Assembly (NCBI GenBank): GCA_965112735.1
Contig: OZ218963.1
Location: 2,170,001 to 2,234,000, forward strand
Direction of reading: 5' to 3'
Length of the DNA: 64,000 bases
Origin: Phaeosaccion multiseriatum
Taxonomy: Eukaryota > Protista > Ochrophyta, other classes
Below, one piece after another: positions 38,301-49,200 of the stretch (position 1 is its first letter; each line of letters starts with the position of its first letter). The notes beneath the pieces were generated by a model, which did not search any database, had not been told where the DNA came from, and worked only from the letters and a program-made list of their open reading frames with translations. A program made the position numbers and the translations under genes.

Positions 38301-41300
38301 GAGTCGTTTGTGGGTTGTTTTATTGATCGCTTGGTCTCTTGTCTTCTTTCATTTGATAGCGTTCGTCTCTTGTTCCGAAACCCCTTTCTGTTGTTCAATT
38401 CATCTCCTGCATCAACCCCGCCCCCCCTCCCCTCCGGATCACGAGTAGGTTAAGGAGCGCATGGGCAAGCCTCTCTGTGTGGGAGCTGCGTGCAAGTCAA
38501 AGGCCGGCAGCGGCAAGTTCTTTTGTGGGGACATTTGTCACGTAGCTGTCTACACCACCGCCCTCAGTCCCGACGGAGTGAGGAAGCACTACTTGTCAGG
38601 CTGCAAGGTAAGGAAAGTCTGTCGTGTTACTGTCATGTATGCCTCGAGGAGAAGAAGCAAGAAGAGGGAGGTGCAGTGGGCGTCAGCGATGACAATCTCG
38701 AGCTGAGCTGAGCTACTGAGCTGAACCTTCCCACTCCCCATCCTCCTCCTGAGCTACTGATCTGGACCATCCCACTCCCCACCCCCCTCCTACGGCGGAT
38801 AGTCACATCGCCTCTTGTACACTTCTTCGAGTTCATCTCACCCACCCCTCATATGATGCACTTGCCACCTCCACCTCCTTCCCGCGCCCACCCACACACT
38901 CACCCCACACCCTATGTCAGCCTCGCATGGAAGAGACTGATCGCCTCTACGCCCTTGCCAGTGCGAGGTACGAGGCCGCCCTCGCCTTCGCTCCCGACGA
39001 CGATGACATCATCAAGCAGTATGCACGAAGCATCGTGCAGGTATGTATTTAGTCTTGTGTGTATGCATGCATGCATGTATGTATATATGTATGTATGTAT
39101 GCATGTATGTATGCATGTATGTATGTACGTGTGTATGTATGTATGTATGTATGTATGTGTGCATGTGTGTATACTTGTCGTGATGTACGTATGTATGTGT
39201 GTATCTAGGTATTTTTGTGTGCTGCTTGACTGGCCCTGAGGGAAAGCGAAGGGACGCACACGCGCACACACACACGTATACACACACACGTATACACACA
39301 CGCACCGACAAGACATAAGACGTATTACGTAACACCCCTTCTGTCCTCCCCCCCCTCTTCACTCCCTCCCTCCTTCTGTCACTGACTGTCTGCCTGCCTT
39401 TCCTGTGTGACTGTGGCGCTGAAACCTGCGCAGTATCTGGAGCTGGAGTCCTCTCAGGGCGTCAATCCCAAGCGTTCGGCCAAGAAGGTCATGGATTCCG
39501 TCCAACGCTTTCTACGCTTCAAGGTAACAATTGGGGGCTCTCTGCTCGCTCTTGTCGCTTTCGCTCGTTACTTTCATCCCTTCTCACTAATACAACCACC
39601 CCTTGCTATCCTCATCGTCCATCGACCCCCCCCCCCCGTATCCTCGCCCTCTCCCTCTCCCTTTCCTCGCCCTCTCCCTCTCCCTCTCTTCTCCCTCTCC
39701 CTCTCCCTCTCTCTCCACCCCCCCTCTCCCTCTCCCTCCCTCTCCCTCTCCCTCTCCGTCTCCCTCCTCAGAGCTGGGACGGGCTTGCTGAGGTGTTCAG
39801 TCAGCTTCCCTCAAGCCCCGTGTACGCACACGCCTTCTGCACGTTCTTCAGAGCGGCCATCGACGCAAGCCCAAACTACTTTGCAACTTCGAGGTGGGTG
39901 CTGCTGCCAAGGGGAAAGAGAGAGAAGGAGAGAAAGAGAGGGTGGGTGAATTCAAGGGTAGAGAGAGAGAACGAGTGAGAGAGGGAGAGGGAGAGGGAAA
40001 GGAGATAGAGAGAGAGAGAGGTTGCTTGCACGGATAAGGACACACACACACATACACAGTGAGAGGCAGAAAGAAGAAGCTTTCCCATCTCCGCCCTCCC
40101 CTGCCCGTCCCTCACTGTGCCCCTCGAGTTTCTTGTCCCCCCTCCACCTCCATGTGCTTGCATCCCCCCCCTCCCTGCGCCCCGCCACGCTGACCTTCGC
40201 TCCCTCCTTCCCTCCCTCCCCTCCCCTCCCTCCCTCCCAGATACCTACCCCTGGCCAGTCTAGCGCACATGCCTCGCAAGTTCTACCTGCACATGCCCGA
40301 GGCGTCTTGCCTCATGACGGACGTGGCTGCGGAGGTGTTCCGGCTTGTGCTGACCGAGCTCGAGCTCGCACATCACTTCGGAGGGATTGACCTTTCCTGG
40401 CTGCCTCAGGTCAGATCGTTCGTTCGTTTGTTGGTTAGTTGGTTAGTTGGTTGACTGGCTGGCTGGTTGGTTAGTTGGGTTGCTGTTGGTTTGGTTGGTT
40501 CGGTTGGCTCGTTCCCTTCGTTGCTTCCTTCCTTCCTTCCTTCCTCCGGTCCTTGCTCTTTCTCCGGCCAAGGACGAGGTGGGGCCATCCTGACCCCTAC
40601 TCTCTTCTCGTGCTCTCCCCTCTCTCTCTCTACCTCTACCCCTACAGGTGAAAAGCAACAGCATGGTGGTGTCCATGGTCCTTCAAGCAGAGGAGGACGA
40701 GGTGAGTGAGGAAAAGGGTGAGAGGGTGAGGGGGAGGCAGTAGCGACTCACAGCACCACAACGGGTCCAACGTGGTCCCACACAGGATGTCCATCATCAC
40801 CTTTATGCCTTACGATCGTCGCCTTTTAACAAGTCGTCGTGAAAGGGCCTCTTGAGCTGCTTTTCCCTGTTGCTGCGTTTGTCATGCCTTTCTGCTCCTC
40901 TTGCCGTGTACCACACCACCGCTGCTCCCATTCTAACCCTCACTCCACCCCACCCCCCACTCTACTCTGGGCTTGTACTGCCCGTCCCCCCTCCTCTCCC
41001 TCCCCCCTCTCTCCATCCCTCTCTCCCCTTCTCTCTCTCTCTCTCTCTCTCTTCCTGCCTAACTTGCCTGTTTTGTCCGTCTTAATCATTCTTACGCAAA
41101 GGATGGTCGTGTGATTGACCTCAGCAAGCATCACCTCGACTGCTCAGACGTAACCGACGCCGACATCCGCGTCGTTGTAGACCACCGCCGCCTCGCTTCT
41201 GTGCTCAATGTGGAGGGCTGTCCCCTTGTAACGGATGAGTCGCTGGTCTACGTGGGGAGGGTGCTGCGCCATCTGCAGGTATATCGGTGCATTACGGGTG

Positions 41301-43238
41301 GCGGTGGTGATGAGGAGGGCAAGAAGGAGGCTAGTGGGAAGGGGGTATGTATGTGGAGGTTTCAGCAGGGGGACAAGGGGAGAGGCCGACGGTATCCTTT
41401 CATCCATTCTCCCCTCTCTTTCTCTTGTTCACGCGTCATCTTCCTGCCTGTCTGTCTTTCTCTCTCTCTCGCCTTTCACTGTCTCTCTCTGCTTCTCTGC
41501 TTCTCCCGCTCCCCCACCTCCTCTGCCTTTCACTTCGTCTTCCCTCTTCTCACCCCCCCCTCCCTGTATCACCAACTGCTGCATCACCGCAGGTGCTTGT
41601 CCTTGACTCGTGTACCCTCGTCACTGACCGAGGCCTCTCTCTGGCCCTCAAGGGGTGCCCGGAGCTGCGAGTGCTCGGCCTAGCAAGCTGCTTCGCTCTC
41701 TCCCCAGAGCTTCTAGTGCAGGCCCCCGTCAAGTGCAACAGGCTGGTGACCGTCAATCTCAGCCACAATCCCGCAGTCTCAGACGGCGCCGTCGCTGCCC
41801 TAGCCGCACAGGTGGGCACATAGACAGCACGACTGATGGGATGATGGTGGTAGTGGTGTTGGTGGTGTTGGGTGTTGGAGGAGGCAGTGAGTGGTGCTGG
41901 TGATGGTGAAGGTGGTGGTGTTGGTGTGGGTGACAAGGGTGTGGAAGGCGAAGACACTAGGTCTCGGCCATTTGAAGACTTGTGTGCCCTGACGGGAGAG
42001 CGATCCCCATTCAGGACACACTCAGGACACACTCAGGACACTCAGGACGTGAATTGATTGCAAGAGAGGGTGCTGGCATATCACCATGTCAGGCGTCGCC
42101 TTGAGCTTCTCTCTCATCTCTCCCATGTCCCTAATCAAGCATCTTCTCCTTCCTCCTTCTCTCTCTCGAACTCTATCCGCTCTCTCTCTCTTGCTCTCTC
42201 TCTTCCCTCTCTCCCTCTTCCTCTCTTCCTCTACTCTCTCTCCATCTCCCCCTCCCTCTCCCTCTATTACTCTTCCTCCCCCCCCCCCTGTCTCTCTCTC
42301 ACTCCCTCTCCCTCGCTCCGCATGGTGATATATACCCCCAGTGCCGCTCCCTCGCGTCACTGCACCTGCGTTATTGCGTGTATGTGACCGACGTGGGTCT
42401 GCATGCGTTGGCGGTCGATTGTAACCAGGTAATTTTATGTAGTCTTTTACATGTAATATGTGTATGTATATACATTATATACATGTATGCTGCCTTCTTT
42501 TCTCCCTGTGTGATTCATTGTTTCCGTTTCGTCCGTCTTTTCGTTTTTCTCCCTCTCTCTCTCTCAAGGCAACATTGACTTCGCTGGACGTGAGTGGATG
42601 CCCGCTCTTGAGCGACCACAGCATTGTCCCTCTCGGCGAATTGTGCACCAAACTCGAGGTGCGGACGGGGGTTTGGATGGGGCGGGGTGGGTGTGGGGGG
42701 GGGGAGGGGGGAGGAGTATGCGGTTGAGCCACCGCACGGCCTGTCCTGCCCTTCCCGTCCTGTCCTTCCCGTCCTGTCCTCCCCGTCGTCGCCAGTCATT
42801 GATTGATGTACCCTGGACTGGACGGAAAGGCTTTATCCATCAGCTCCTCTGCTCATTTCATTGGTGTTGGGGTGTCGAAGGATCTAAGAAACTGCAACTG
42901 CAACTGCAACTGCAATTGCACCTGCAACTTGAAAACTGCCGACTTGAAACAAACTCCTAGGTGCTGAATCTGAAGGCAGTGAATCGCCTCACAGAGGTGG
43001 GGGCAACAACCATCACGCACAACTGCTGGGGCATCCGCAGCTTCAACATTGAAGATTGCTACAATGTCGTGGACCACAGTTTCCTATACGACAGCCAGGA
43101 AGACGGCAGGAGGGCAGTTGATCAGCACATGCTGGTGAGAGCATGATGGAGGGATGGAGCGGAAGGGCAGGCTGGGGAAGAGAGAGGAAGCAAAGAGGGG
43201 AGGGAGGGTGCGCGTGCGTGCAGGTGTGCGTGCGGGTA

Positions 43239-43270
<32 letters not shown>

Positions 43271-45441
43271 TGTGTCGCGAAAGGGAGTGAGTAGAGGGCC
43301 TTCCATGGAGAAAGAACTCGCCCCCGTCACTTTTCCCACCCCCCTCACTCCCCACCACCCGTTCCTCTCCTCCCTCCACACACAATAACACCAGGAGAAT
43401 CTGACGGACCTGAACCTCAGTGACTGCCACAAGCTCACTGAGCGCACAGTGGACGCCGTCGCCAAGCGAAGCCCCCACCTGCGGTCCTTGAACGTGTCGG
43501 GGTGCTGCAACATTGGAGATGCTGCGTGTGGCTTCCTCGTGTTGGATAGGAAGAGTGGACAGCGGCGGTGTCAGCAGCTGGAGGAGGTACGGCAAGTTGA
43601 ATGAACGAGTGAATGATGGAGGAGGGAAGGGCTCCTCTGTACCCCCCTTTAACCCCCCCCTCCGCCGCTGCTGTGCTGTTCCCCTCAGCTCAATGTGGCC
43701 TATTGCCTCAGCATCAGCGACGTGGGTATCTCTAGCCTTGCCTCAGAGCTCAAGGTGCTAAAAAAAGTGGACCTCAGCGGCTGCGTGCAGGTACGCTTTC
43801 GGGCAACACGGATGTTTCCGTTTCAGTTCCAGTTTACTCACGGAAAGTGGAGGATGGGTACAAGGTATCGATGCGCTACCAGAGCTGACTAACACTTTTC
43901 GAAGACATGTGAAGGGAGAACAGGGAGAGACGTTTGCGTCCATCCACTGCCATCCGTGCGCCACACAGAGGCCAAGAACGCGACCTTGACCTTGACCTTA
44001 GCGAAAGCGAAGAGCTGAAACTGCAACTGGCTTGCCGGGCTTGCCAGCTTTGCCCGTTGCTTTGCCTTGCGTATGATGCAGCGCGGAATGTGACGGATCT
44101 CTAGCTTATGGGCCTCTCCCTCGCTCTCTTTCTCCCTCTCTCTGTCACTGTCTCTGTCTCCCTCCCTCCCTCCCTCTCTCTCTGTGTGTTTGTGGCCTGT
44201 TCTTTGCCTTGGCTGGCCCTATTCTGCTTTGTGCTCTCAGGTGACGGACGAAGGCATCAGGACGCTGTGCAGAGGCTGCCTGCAGATCAGCAGCCTCAAC
44301 TTGAGTCAGTGTAAGAAGCTCACTGACATCACCATGTGCCACCTCACTGAGTATCTGTGGTAAGTCAGGAAGAGAGAGAGGGGGGGGGGAGGAGAGACAT
44401 ATGGGAGAGAGAGAGGGAGACGGAGGGAGAGAGAGGAGAGAGGGAGTGAGAGTGACTTGAGTGAGTGAGAGTGAGAGAGAGAGTAGTCCCAAAGCCCAGG
44501 GCAAGGGCGAGGGTGAGTAGAGACGGGCATTGCCGAGACGACACATTGCCACGCATCTCCCCCATCCTTCCTTCCGCTGGCAGACACACTTGTAACGCTT
44601 GTAACGCTTTTTTTGCAGAGGGAAAGGGTTCGTCCCCCACGTGTTGGCCATGCTCCTCTTCCCCTTTTCCCGTCACTTCATGTCCTTACCCCCTGCCCCC
44701 CCACCCCCCCCCAAATATACATTCTCTTTGTTGTCGTCCGCTTGTTTGCTCACTCCAGGGTGGAGGAGCTGAACATCAGTCAGAACACGCGCTTCACAGA
44801 TGACGGCGTCGAGGTGCTGTCTGTAGAGTTTGAGGGGTTGCGGACGCTCAACTTGTCACGCTGTCTACGCCTCACAGACCGGTCTCTCGACGTACTGGGG
44901 AGGTACTGTCCCAATCTGAGGGTGAGTGAGTGAGGGAGTGAGTGAGGGGGATGAGGGGGGAGGACAGGAGGAGGGAGGGAGGGCCGTGGGGTGAGTGAGT
45001 GTCGGTCAAAGACGAGAGATATAAGCAAGGCAAGGCAAAGCAAAGCGGGTGGAGTCTTCTCTTTGGTTCAGTCGGACCGGTCTCACGGACAGGACCTTCT
45101 CGCTTCACGCCTCCAAACAACTCAACAGCCTCTCTATGGCCTGCCCATGCAACGACGACGTCGTACACACAACATGCAGACAGCCGGGACACAGTCGACC
45201 ACCGTTGTTGCCCTACGCACGCCGCTCCTTCCTCTACACACACACACACACAATGCTACGCACGCTGCTCCTCCTCCCCTCCTCCTCACCCCCCTGACCC
45301 CCCCAAAATGTACGTGCCCCTCCGTCCCTCCATCCCTCGCCAACCACACAGGAGCTGTCTATGACTGACGTTCCGCTGGTCACGGAGGACGGCAAGAAGC
45401 GAATGATGAAGACCATCCGGGCGCTTGACTTGGGGGGATAA
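14441..45441 (+). CDS. Giant multi-exon protein: MGxxxS/Cys N-terminus, EF-hand, IQ, coiled coils, CLU domain, split LamG, TPR-like helices, C-terminal LRRs
   Basis: ATG 14441 ([10 protein letters not shown]...); dozens of short GT-AG exons on +; stop TAA at 45439-45441 (..IRALDLGG*). Motifs: [22 protein letters not shown] (EF-hand); [15 protein letters not shown] (IQ); [18 protein letters not shown] / [27 protein letters not shown] / LRPEFVK..PLSPDA / [14 protein letters not shown] / EMVARTVKN (CLU); FGIEAWAK / [15 protein letters not shown] / [25 protein letters not shown] (LamG); LxxLxLxxCxxlTD repeats. The junctions I checked are in phase, but not all were checked, so a split into two genes cannot be excluded. 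Confidence 0.72.
20168..20203 (+). other. EF-hand Ca2+-binding loop ([12 protein letters not shown]) within the giant gene
   Basis: D1, N3, N5, D9, E12 pattern preceded by [10 protein letters not shown], as in calcineurin-B/NCS-type EF-hands. Confidence 0.75.
22782..22826 (+). other. IQ calmodulin-binding motif ([15 protein letters not shown]) within the giant gene
   Basis: Matches [IL]QxxxRGxxxR. Confidence 0.75.
22889..23130 (+). repeat. Intronic 31-bp minisatellite, about 8 copies
   Basis: Unit approx. TGGCCTGGTCTGTCCTGACACCTCTGATGGA, with a variant containing TTGACGGTCTCGTCTGTCC; head-to-tail with no spacers. Confidence 0.9.
27058..27645 (+). repeat. Intronic (TCAC)-rich region containing a ~315-bp imperfect tandem duplication
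   Basis: CCCTGACTTA(C/T)TGAACCACTCACTGACTCTCT...GCTGACCTACTCCCT...CACCTACGGTTGATCTACTCAC occurs at ~27069 and again at ~27386. Confidence 0.85.
30388..30981 (+). repeat. Intronic (GGTAT/GGTA)n satellite, ~600 bp
   Basis: Continuous GGTAGGTATGGTAT mix beginning exactly at the GT donor after ...GATGATG (30387). Confidence 0.95.
33238..33395 (+). repeat. Intronic degenerate minisatellite (GGCAAGCGTATATAGCGTT core, 5 copies)
   Basis: Repeated AGGCAAGCGTATATAG(C/G)GTT, alternating with GTGTATCGTTCCTTAGAT. Confidence 0.85.
35212..35440 (+). repeat. Intronic (GTCA)n/(GACA)n microsatellite
   Basis: Directly visible; starts at the GTCAGT donor-like site. Confidence 0.9.
38086..38300 (+). repeat. 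Intronic (GGTT)n microsatellite
   Basis: Directly visible just after the GTGGGT donor. Confidence 0.9.
41102..45441 (+). other. Leucine-rich repeat array (cysteine-containing, FBXL/AMN1 type) at the C-terminus of the giant gene
   Basis: More than a dozen repeats, e.g. [78 protein letters not shown]. Confidence 0.9.
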
Positions 45442-45455
45442 AAGTAATGAATGGC

Positions 45456-45505
<50 letters not shown>

Positions 45506-45893
45506 CGACTCCTGGCAGCACCTCTGTGGCACAAGCTTTCGTCACCGAAAGCCGCTTCGTTTACGCAACTGGAACTGATAATGATAGAAAGGGGGGGGGG
45601 TAATTACGCCTCACACTCACCACCTCTTCGCGCACTCCGATATGGCGAACAGAAAAGCAGCGCACAGCACCGGAGAAGAAAGCCTTCCGATTCTGTGTCT
45701 GTGGCACAGGTATGTCCTGTATGAGGGGCTCACCACGGATGAGCGGAAGGCGTGCCACTGCTCTTCCCAATCCTCTGCTCGTTGGCCTCCCTCAAAATTC
45801 TTTCTTCTGTTACGATTTGCACTGTAATTGTACTCCAGTACGCGGGACTCATATCTTGTTCCATATCTCGGTCCTCTTCTTCCAGTCCTCTTC

Positions 45894-45933
<40 letters not shown>

Positions 45934-46202
45934 GTCGTTTGGCGAAAACCTTTCGATCAGGTAAAGCACGCCAGGGAGGTAAGGCAATAAAGTTTCCCGA
46001 GGGGGAGAACTCTTCCTCGTTGAGACCACACATTGCCTTTTTGGGGTAGAGACAGTAAGGGAATTGAAGGGAGAGAGGAGGAGAGCACAGGTTGAAGAGT
46101 GGAAGCTGCGGCAGCACTAAGGACCCAAAAAGAAGCGGCTAGTTTCCTTTGAGGGCACCCACAGGGACGCCCAACTTGATCATGAACACACCTCATTCCT
46201 GC

Positions 46203-49200
46203 ATGAGGAGGAGCCTGGCTTTGCCCGCGGCGGTGCTGCTGGGTGTTGCCGGAGGTGCTTCCGCCTTCGTCGTCCCTGGACCCATGGGAGTAAGGCACAC
46301 TGCTGCCCCTGCTTCCTTGCGGGAGAGGGTCATGGGCGCATCGAGGGTCCACGCCTTCGCCACCTCATACAGTTCCTCCATCCGACTGGGCATGAGTCTG
46401 ACAGCCGAGGAAGACGCAGAAGCAGGAGCAGCGTCTGCGGTGGAGACGCCTGATGAGGCTGCGGTGGCAGACACTGTGCCTCCCATCGCTAGCGAGGTAA
46501 GCCCACCACGTCACTCGGGGGGGGCCTCCTCCTGCGCTTTCATTTCACCTCTCGCCTCGCTACCTGCGATGGAAGACTGTGGCTTTGTTCAGCTACAACG
46601 ACAAAGTCTGTTTCACCCCTGCTTCCCCGTGCCCTTCATCGCCTCACACCGTTTTTGTTTGTCCCGCCTCGAGTCCCTTCTTTGCCTTGGGAACTCGTTT
46701 TGTGTCCTTTTTTCCTTGACTGATGACTTGGCTCGGAGCAGAGCGAAGCCGACGAGGGAGAGAAGGTGCTCACGAACCCTCTGGTGAACATCAATGAGGG
46801 GGACAGCCTGGCGGGAACTGTGGACAACGTGGTGGAGTACGGCGCCTTTGTGGACGTTGGAGCCGAGATCAACGGGCTGGTCCACATCTCGCAAATGTCT
46901 AATGAGTTTGTGTCAGACCCAAACACCGTCGTGGCGCTAGGGGACGCTGTGTCGGTGAGTAGCGAATAGCGGAGTGGTATGTGAAACGGGCGAAAGACCA
47001 GGTCTTTCTTGTCGATGCTTGGCCGGCCCCCCATGTCCAGTTTTGTCACAGCTCTGCATTCGTCCGCATATGGAATGTGCGTAAGGCTCTGCCTGACAGA
47101 CTCGAAGAGCCTGTCGAATAGTACCAATGCACCCGCATCCGGTCTTGCCTGCACCCTCGACACTTGACCTACTCCTCCTCCTCTCCCATCCCACCCTTGC
47201 TGCTCTTCCCACTCTCACCCCCGGCCTTCTTGAACACCCTTCCCTGCCTCGTACCCACCCAACCCACCCAAAGGTCAAGGTAATGGCCGTGGACAAGGAG
47301 AATAAGAAGCTTGTGCTCTCTATGCGCACTAACGAGCGTGCCGCTCCCCGCGAGCAAGGCGACGTCGGTGCCTACCTGAAGACCTTCGAGGAGGAGCCCG
47401 ACAAGGTGTACAACGTTGCCGTCAAGTGAGTTGTGAAGCTGAAGGAGGAGAGGAGGGAGAGGGAGGCTGGGTCTGCGGGCGGGCGTGTGATGGGAAGGAA
47501 GGAAGTAGGAAGCTTCAAGAATGTCTTGAAAGGTGTTTTGAGGTACTTCGCTCCCTCCAAAAAGCTCTGGTTTGGATAGTCCGGCGAACTGATTCTTACA
47601 TTGGGTCCACGTATTTCTTAATTTGTTCGCCGCATTCTACCAACTTCCTTCTCCCCTGCAACAACCAACCAACCATCCGCTCTCTCTCTGTCTTGGACCC
47701 CACCCCCCTCAACCCACCCACCCACCCACCGACCTCCATCACAAACAGTAACGTGGTCCAGTACGGTGTGTTTGTGACTATGGACGAGAACGTCACCGGC
47801 TTTGTGCACAACACGCAGCTGCGCACCGCCGACGGCGGCCGAGTGCAAAACGTCGAGGACAGCGTCAAGGTGGGGGATATGCTGAACGTGCGCGTCCGGT
47901 CGGTGGATGAGACGCTGAGGCGCATCAACCTCACCACCCTCGAGGAGGGCAGCGAGAACAACAAACCCAAGGTACATAGGTTACATATGCGTATATTTAT
48001 ATGGATGTATGAATGATTGATGGCAAGAAGGCGAGTCAGGCAGTGATTCCGTGGTGTGGGCGTTACGATCAATGGCAGGAAGGCAGGCCGTGACTGGGTG
48101 GATACACGAAGTTTTTTTTGGTGTACAAGTGTAGGTATGCGTCGAGAGGGTGGGCAGAGAGAGGGAAGGGCCGTATTTTCGATGACGGACTTGGAGCGTA
48201 GGGGCTCACGTCAGTGTCCCCCTTTTTTCTCCTCATTGTTATCTGCCCCTACGCTACCCCTCTCCTTACGCTCCTCGCTTCCCCCCCCCCCCCCCCTTCC
48301 TTTTCTTTCGCGATACGACGTGACACTGTGACTATTCCGTCATCATCACCATCACCACAGGACCTCGGACCCTTGCTGGAGCTGGACCGGGATGTGCCGC
48401 ACAAGGGCACCATCACTTCCGTGGTGGACTACGGCTGCTTCATGGAGCTGGCCGGAGTGGAGGGGCTTCTGCACATCTCCAAGGTCAAGAAGTGAGTCAG
48501 TCAGTCAGTCAGTCACTAGATTGGTCACGCTGGTCCTGTCGGTCCAGTCGGGTTGGGCGGGGAGGGACTTTGTGTCGCTCGGAGGAAAGCAGGGCCCCAG
48601 CAGGTCGCAGAAGGAAGGACGTTTTCTCTTTTTTCACTCTTACAACTCTCGCACTGGTCCGGCCACGCACCCACCAAGGCGGCGTCTCATCTCCTTGTCA
48701 CTCTGTTCCTGTTTTATCCTCAGTGGCGGTCGAGTGAGCAGCGAGGAGCTGATGGAAATGTACTCTCCGGGAGACGAAGTGGAGGTGTACATTCACGAGA
48801 TCAACGAGGAGAAGAACAACGCAGGCTTCAGCACCTACAAGGCCACGGAGCGTCGCCCCGCTCCGGGTGAGTCTTCACATACTTGATTGAGCAGGGAGAG
48901 CGGCCGCGAGCCCTCGTTACCCTTTTCTCACCGCTTTTCGCCTCTCCTCTTCTCTCTGGCCTTGCTGTCTTTTACGTATGTATGGACGTGTCCTTCGTCA
49001 GACTTCTCCGACGCGCTGGAGCTGTCGCCCAACGACTGGATCACCGGCAAGGTGGTGAGCACTACCGAGTACGGCGCCTTTGTGCACATCGGCAACAACG
49101 TGGACGGCATGGTGCACATTAGCGAGATGGTAATGGATGGGGTCCAGCCAAACAGCATCGACGAGGCAGTCCAGGTGAGTGTGTGTGTGTGTGCAGCGAG

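Noticed and set aside
45561-46117. Possible small minus-strand gene between the giant gene and the S1 gene
   Set aside because: Several short overlapping ORFs crossing a (GA)n tract, with no recognisable motif or consistent splice model.
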